Assembly: GCA_022813865.1 (NCBI GenBank)
Contig: JALDZX010000052.1
Span: 124,001 to 149,435 of the forward strand
Direction: 5' to 3'
Length of the DNA stretch: 25,435 bases
Source: Xylographa opegraphella
Taxonomy: Eukaryota
In this document: positions 23,421 to 25,435 of the stretch, in pieces
How positions within the stretch are numbered: the stretch's first letter is position 1
Layout: each line of letters starts with the position of its first letter
Notes under the pieces: generated by a model
Told to the model about the DNA's origin: nothing
Database searches by the model: none
Seen by the model: only the letters and a program-made list of their open reading frames with translations
Translations under genes and position numbers: made by a program

Positions 23421-24962
23421 ATGGAGTCTAGCCCCCTTATTCTGGTAAGCAATCTGTACAATCCCCAAGCTTCTCTGCTCACTATCCCAGGCACACTCGC
23501 ACGCCAGGAATGCCTCCGCAGAAACCCACAAGGCCAATTCCATAGCCGCAAGCGAAGAGCATGATCTCGCCGCCGGAGAGTTCTCGAATGCGGCCCAGAC
23601 AACCAGCGATGCAGAGGTACGAAATATTTAAAGCTCTCTGATACAAACAGAGACTAAGGAAAACCACAGGCACTACGCACTCTCAAGCTGCTGGAACAGC
23701 ACCACCAGAAGCTTGCCGAGCTCCTCAAATTCCGGCCTCAAGATGTTCAATCAGTAGCTACGACCACCCAGCCCTCGTCGCCGCTACAGGAGCCATCCCT
23801 CCCGCCCTCAATCCAACCTAAGAAAATACTCGAAAGTTCTCCCCGCCACATATCACAGCATCCTCCCCCTCTGCTATCGTCTCCGCATCGAGATCTGACC
23901 TCGTCTATCGCCAGCAACCTAGCCTCGGCGCGAGGCATCCCTTCCAACCGGCAGCGTAGAGGCAACCAGCTCCCCACAACCTTGTCCTCTCAAGTCGCGG
24001 AGGGGACACTCATACCCCCTACACGACGATCCAAATCCAGCGAGCTCGATGTCAAACCGTCCCCGGGGCTCACCCCTTCTCAGGCCCGCCCCTCCGCGCT
24101 CTCTCCCACACGCGCGCGCGTCTCCAGCCCGGACATAACCACCACATCCCCCACCCGGCAGCTCCACACACCTGCCCCAGCTCCCCCAGACGACTCCTTT
24201 TCCCGCTTCTACTCCGTTTTCGAGCCCTTCCTCACCGCACTCTCCGCGCCCCTCGCCTTCGCCGGCCTCCCCCTAAACCCCGATCCACCAACCCCCACTC
24301 CCTCCGAAAAGCCCCCTGCTACCAACAAAGCCACCCTCCCAGCCCTAGACCCCGACATCACTCGCCTCTTCTCGCGCGCCGCCCTCCGCGCCGTGCAGCC
24401 CGAGCACACGAACCCACACGAGAGCTTCTACGTCGTGCCCACGACCGGCGGCACGATGTCGTACGCAGGCATGCTAGCAGCGACGAAACGTGACTCACGC
24501 CTCACGGACTCGGACGACGCCTTCGTGGACGCCCTGGAGCAGCCCCGGGCCCCGAGCCGGCGCGCAGCCGGCAGCGCGAAGACGACGGAGGAGCTGCAGG
24601 TGGAGAACGAGGCGCTGAAGGCGGTGGCCATCGATCTCGGGGACCGGCTGCGCGCGTTCGAAATGGGCGCTCAGCGCAGCAGCATGGCGCTGCAGATGAG
24701 CGTGCGCGCGATGCAGAGCCCGAGCGGGAGCATGGCGCAGGTGAGGGGCGGGGCCGAACGCGCGGCGGGTGAGCTGGAGGCCCGGGTGCGGGAGCTGGAG
24801 GAGGAGGTGCGCAGTGTGAGGAGGGAGATGAAGAGGCTGGGCAGGGAGAATGTGAAGCTGGTGAGTGTGGTGGAGCGGTATCGGGAGCGGTGGGAGATCT
24901 TGAAGGATGGAGCGAGGGAGAGGATGAGGGGGGACGGGAGGGAAGGGGAGGGGAAGGCTTGA
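23421..24962 (+). CDS. MIT-like N-terminal domain + C-terminal coiled-coil protein, probable Atg38/NRBF2-like autophagy PI3K complex I subunit, 480 aa
   Basis: Exons 23421-23444, 23491-23616, 23670-24962; phase-0 introns 23445-23490 (GTAAGC..GCTCAC..CAG) and 23617-23669 (GTACGA..ACTAAG..CAG). N-terminus MESSPLILAHSHARNASAETHKANSIAASEEHDLAAGEFSNAAQTTSDAEALRTLKLLEQHHQKLAELL looks like a MIT three-helix bundle; ESFYVV motif; coiled coils KTTEELQVENEALK and LEARVRELEEEVR..RYRERWEILKDGARER. The gene model is firm, the Atg38 identity is inferred. Confidence 0.7.
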
Positions 24963-25244
24963 AGGGGTTGGTAGTGCGAGTGTCGTGGTGCAAGTGTTGG
25001 GTTTAGGATAACTGTCATTGTTGGTGCAACGGCAACTGCACTGCCTAGGTACTCTGTAGCAAACATATTCCTGTTTTAAGACTTTTCATTCATTGGTAGC
25101 GCTGTTTCTTAAGAGTGCTAACTACCTATGGAAAGAGGCGCCATGCAAAGCGCCAAGTAGCACGTAGATGTGTCATATAGACAGCTGTGCTAGGATGTTC
25201 CCAGATGTTTGAGAGAGGGATGCTCCTAGCTTCGTGAACAGTGG

Positions 25245-25435
25245 TACAGTAGACTCCGTTACCGGGTAACGGGCCACACCCTCGGGCCATTAAATTAAGC
25301 GAGACGCGAGGGCTAGGGCACGCATTAAAATAGATAAAATTAATACAATTAAATTATATTCAGGTAAAAACAATATATGTTGAAAGGTACGATGGGTACT
25401 GAAGCGCAGTGGTCATTCTAGCAGAATATATGGGT
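25245..25435. mobile_element. Possible terminus of a Tc1/mariner/pogo-type DNA transposon or MITE, running off the window
   Basis: TA then CAGTAGACTCC at 25245-25257, a palindrome CCGTTACC-G-GGTAACGG at 25256-25272, then an abrupt AT/TpA-rich stretch. The partner TIR is not visible. Confidence 0.3.

Overview
A gene-dense, intron-containing eukaryotic window from a filamentous ascomycete (short GT-AG introns, mostly 46-81 nt, with CTRAY-type branch points). Seven protein-coding genes can be rebuilt by splicing: (1) the 3' part of a Kin4/KfsA-type Ser/Thr kinase; (2) a 1445-aa protein with an N-terminal HeLo-like/SesA-type helical domain, a disordered linker, about 14 ankyrin repeats and an unusual 7-copy SKQGxEKM C-terminal repeat, but no NACHT/NB-ARC domain; (3) a secreted GH5 exo-beta-1,3-glucanase; (4) mitochondrial ribosome-recycling GTPase MEF2; (5) retromer sorting nexin VPS17; (6) a GRAM-VASt-TM sterol transfer protein of the Ysp2/Lam family; (7) a MIT-like/coiled-coil protein that is probably Atg38/NRBF2-like, with candidate Atg8-binding and FFAT-like motifs. 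Non-coding features include a microsatellite, G4 and hairpin-rich convergent intergenic region, a 49-bp tandem duplication over the MEF2 stop codon, a probable 5'UTR intron in VPS17 and a possible DNA-transposon end at the right edge. The most unusual element is the NLR-like but nucleotide-binding-domain-less ankyrin protein. All family calls come from motif recognition, not database searches.
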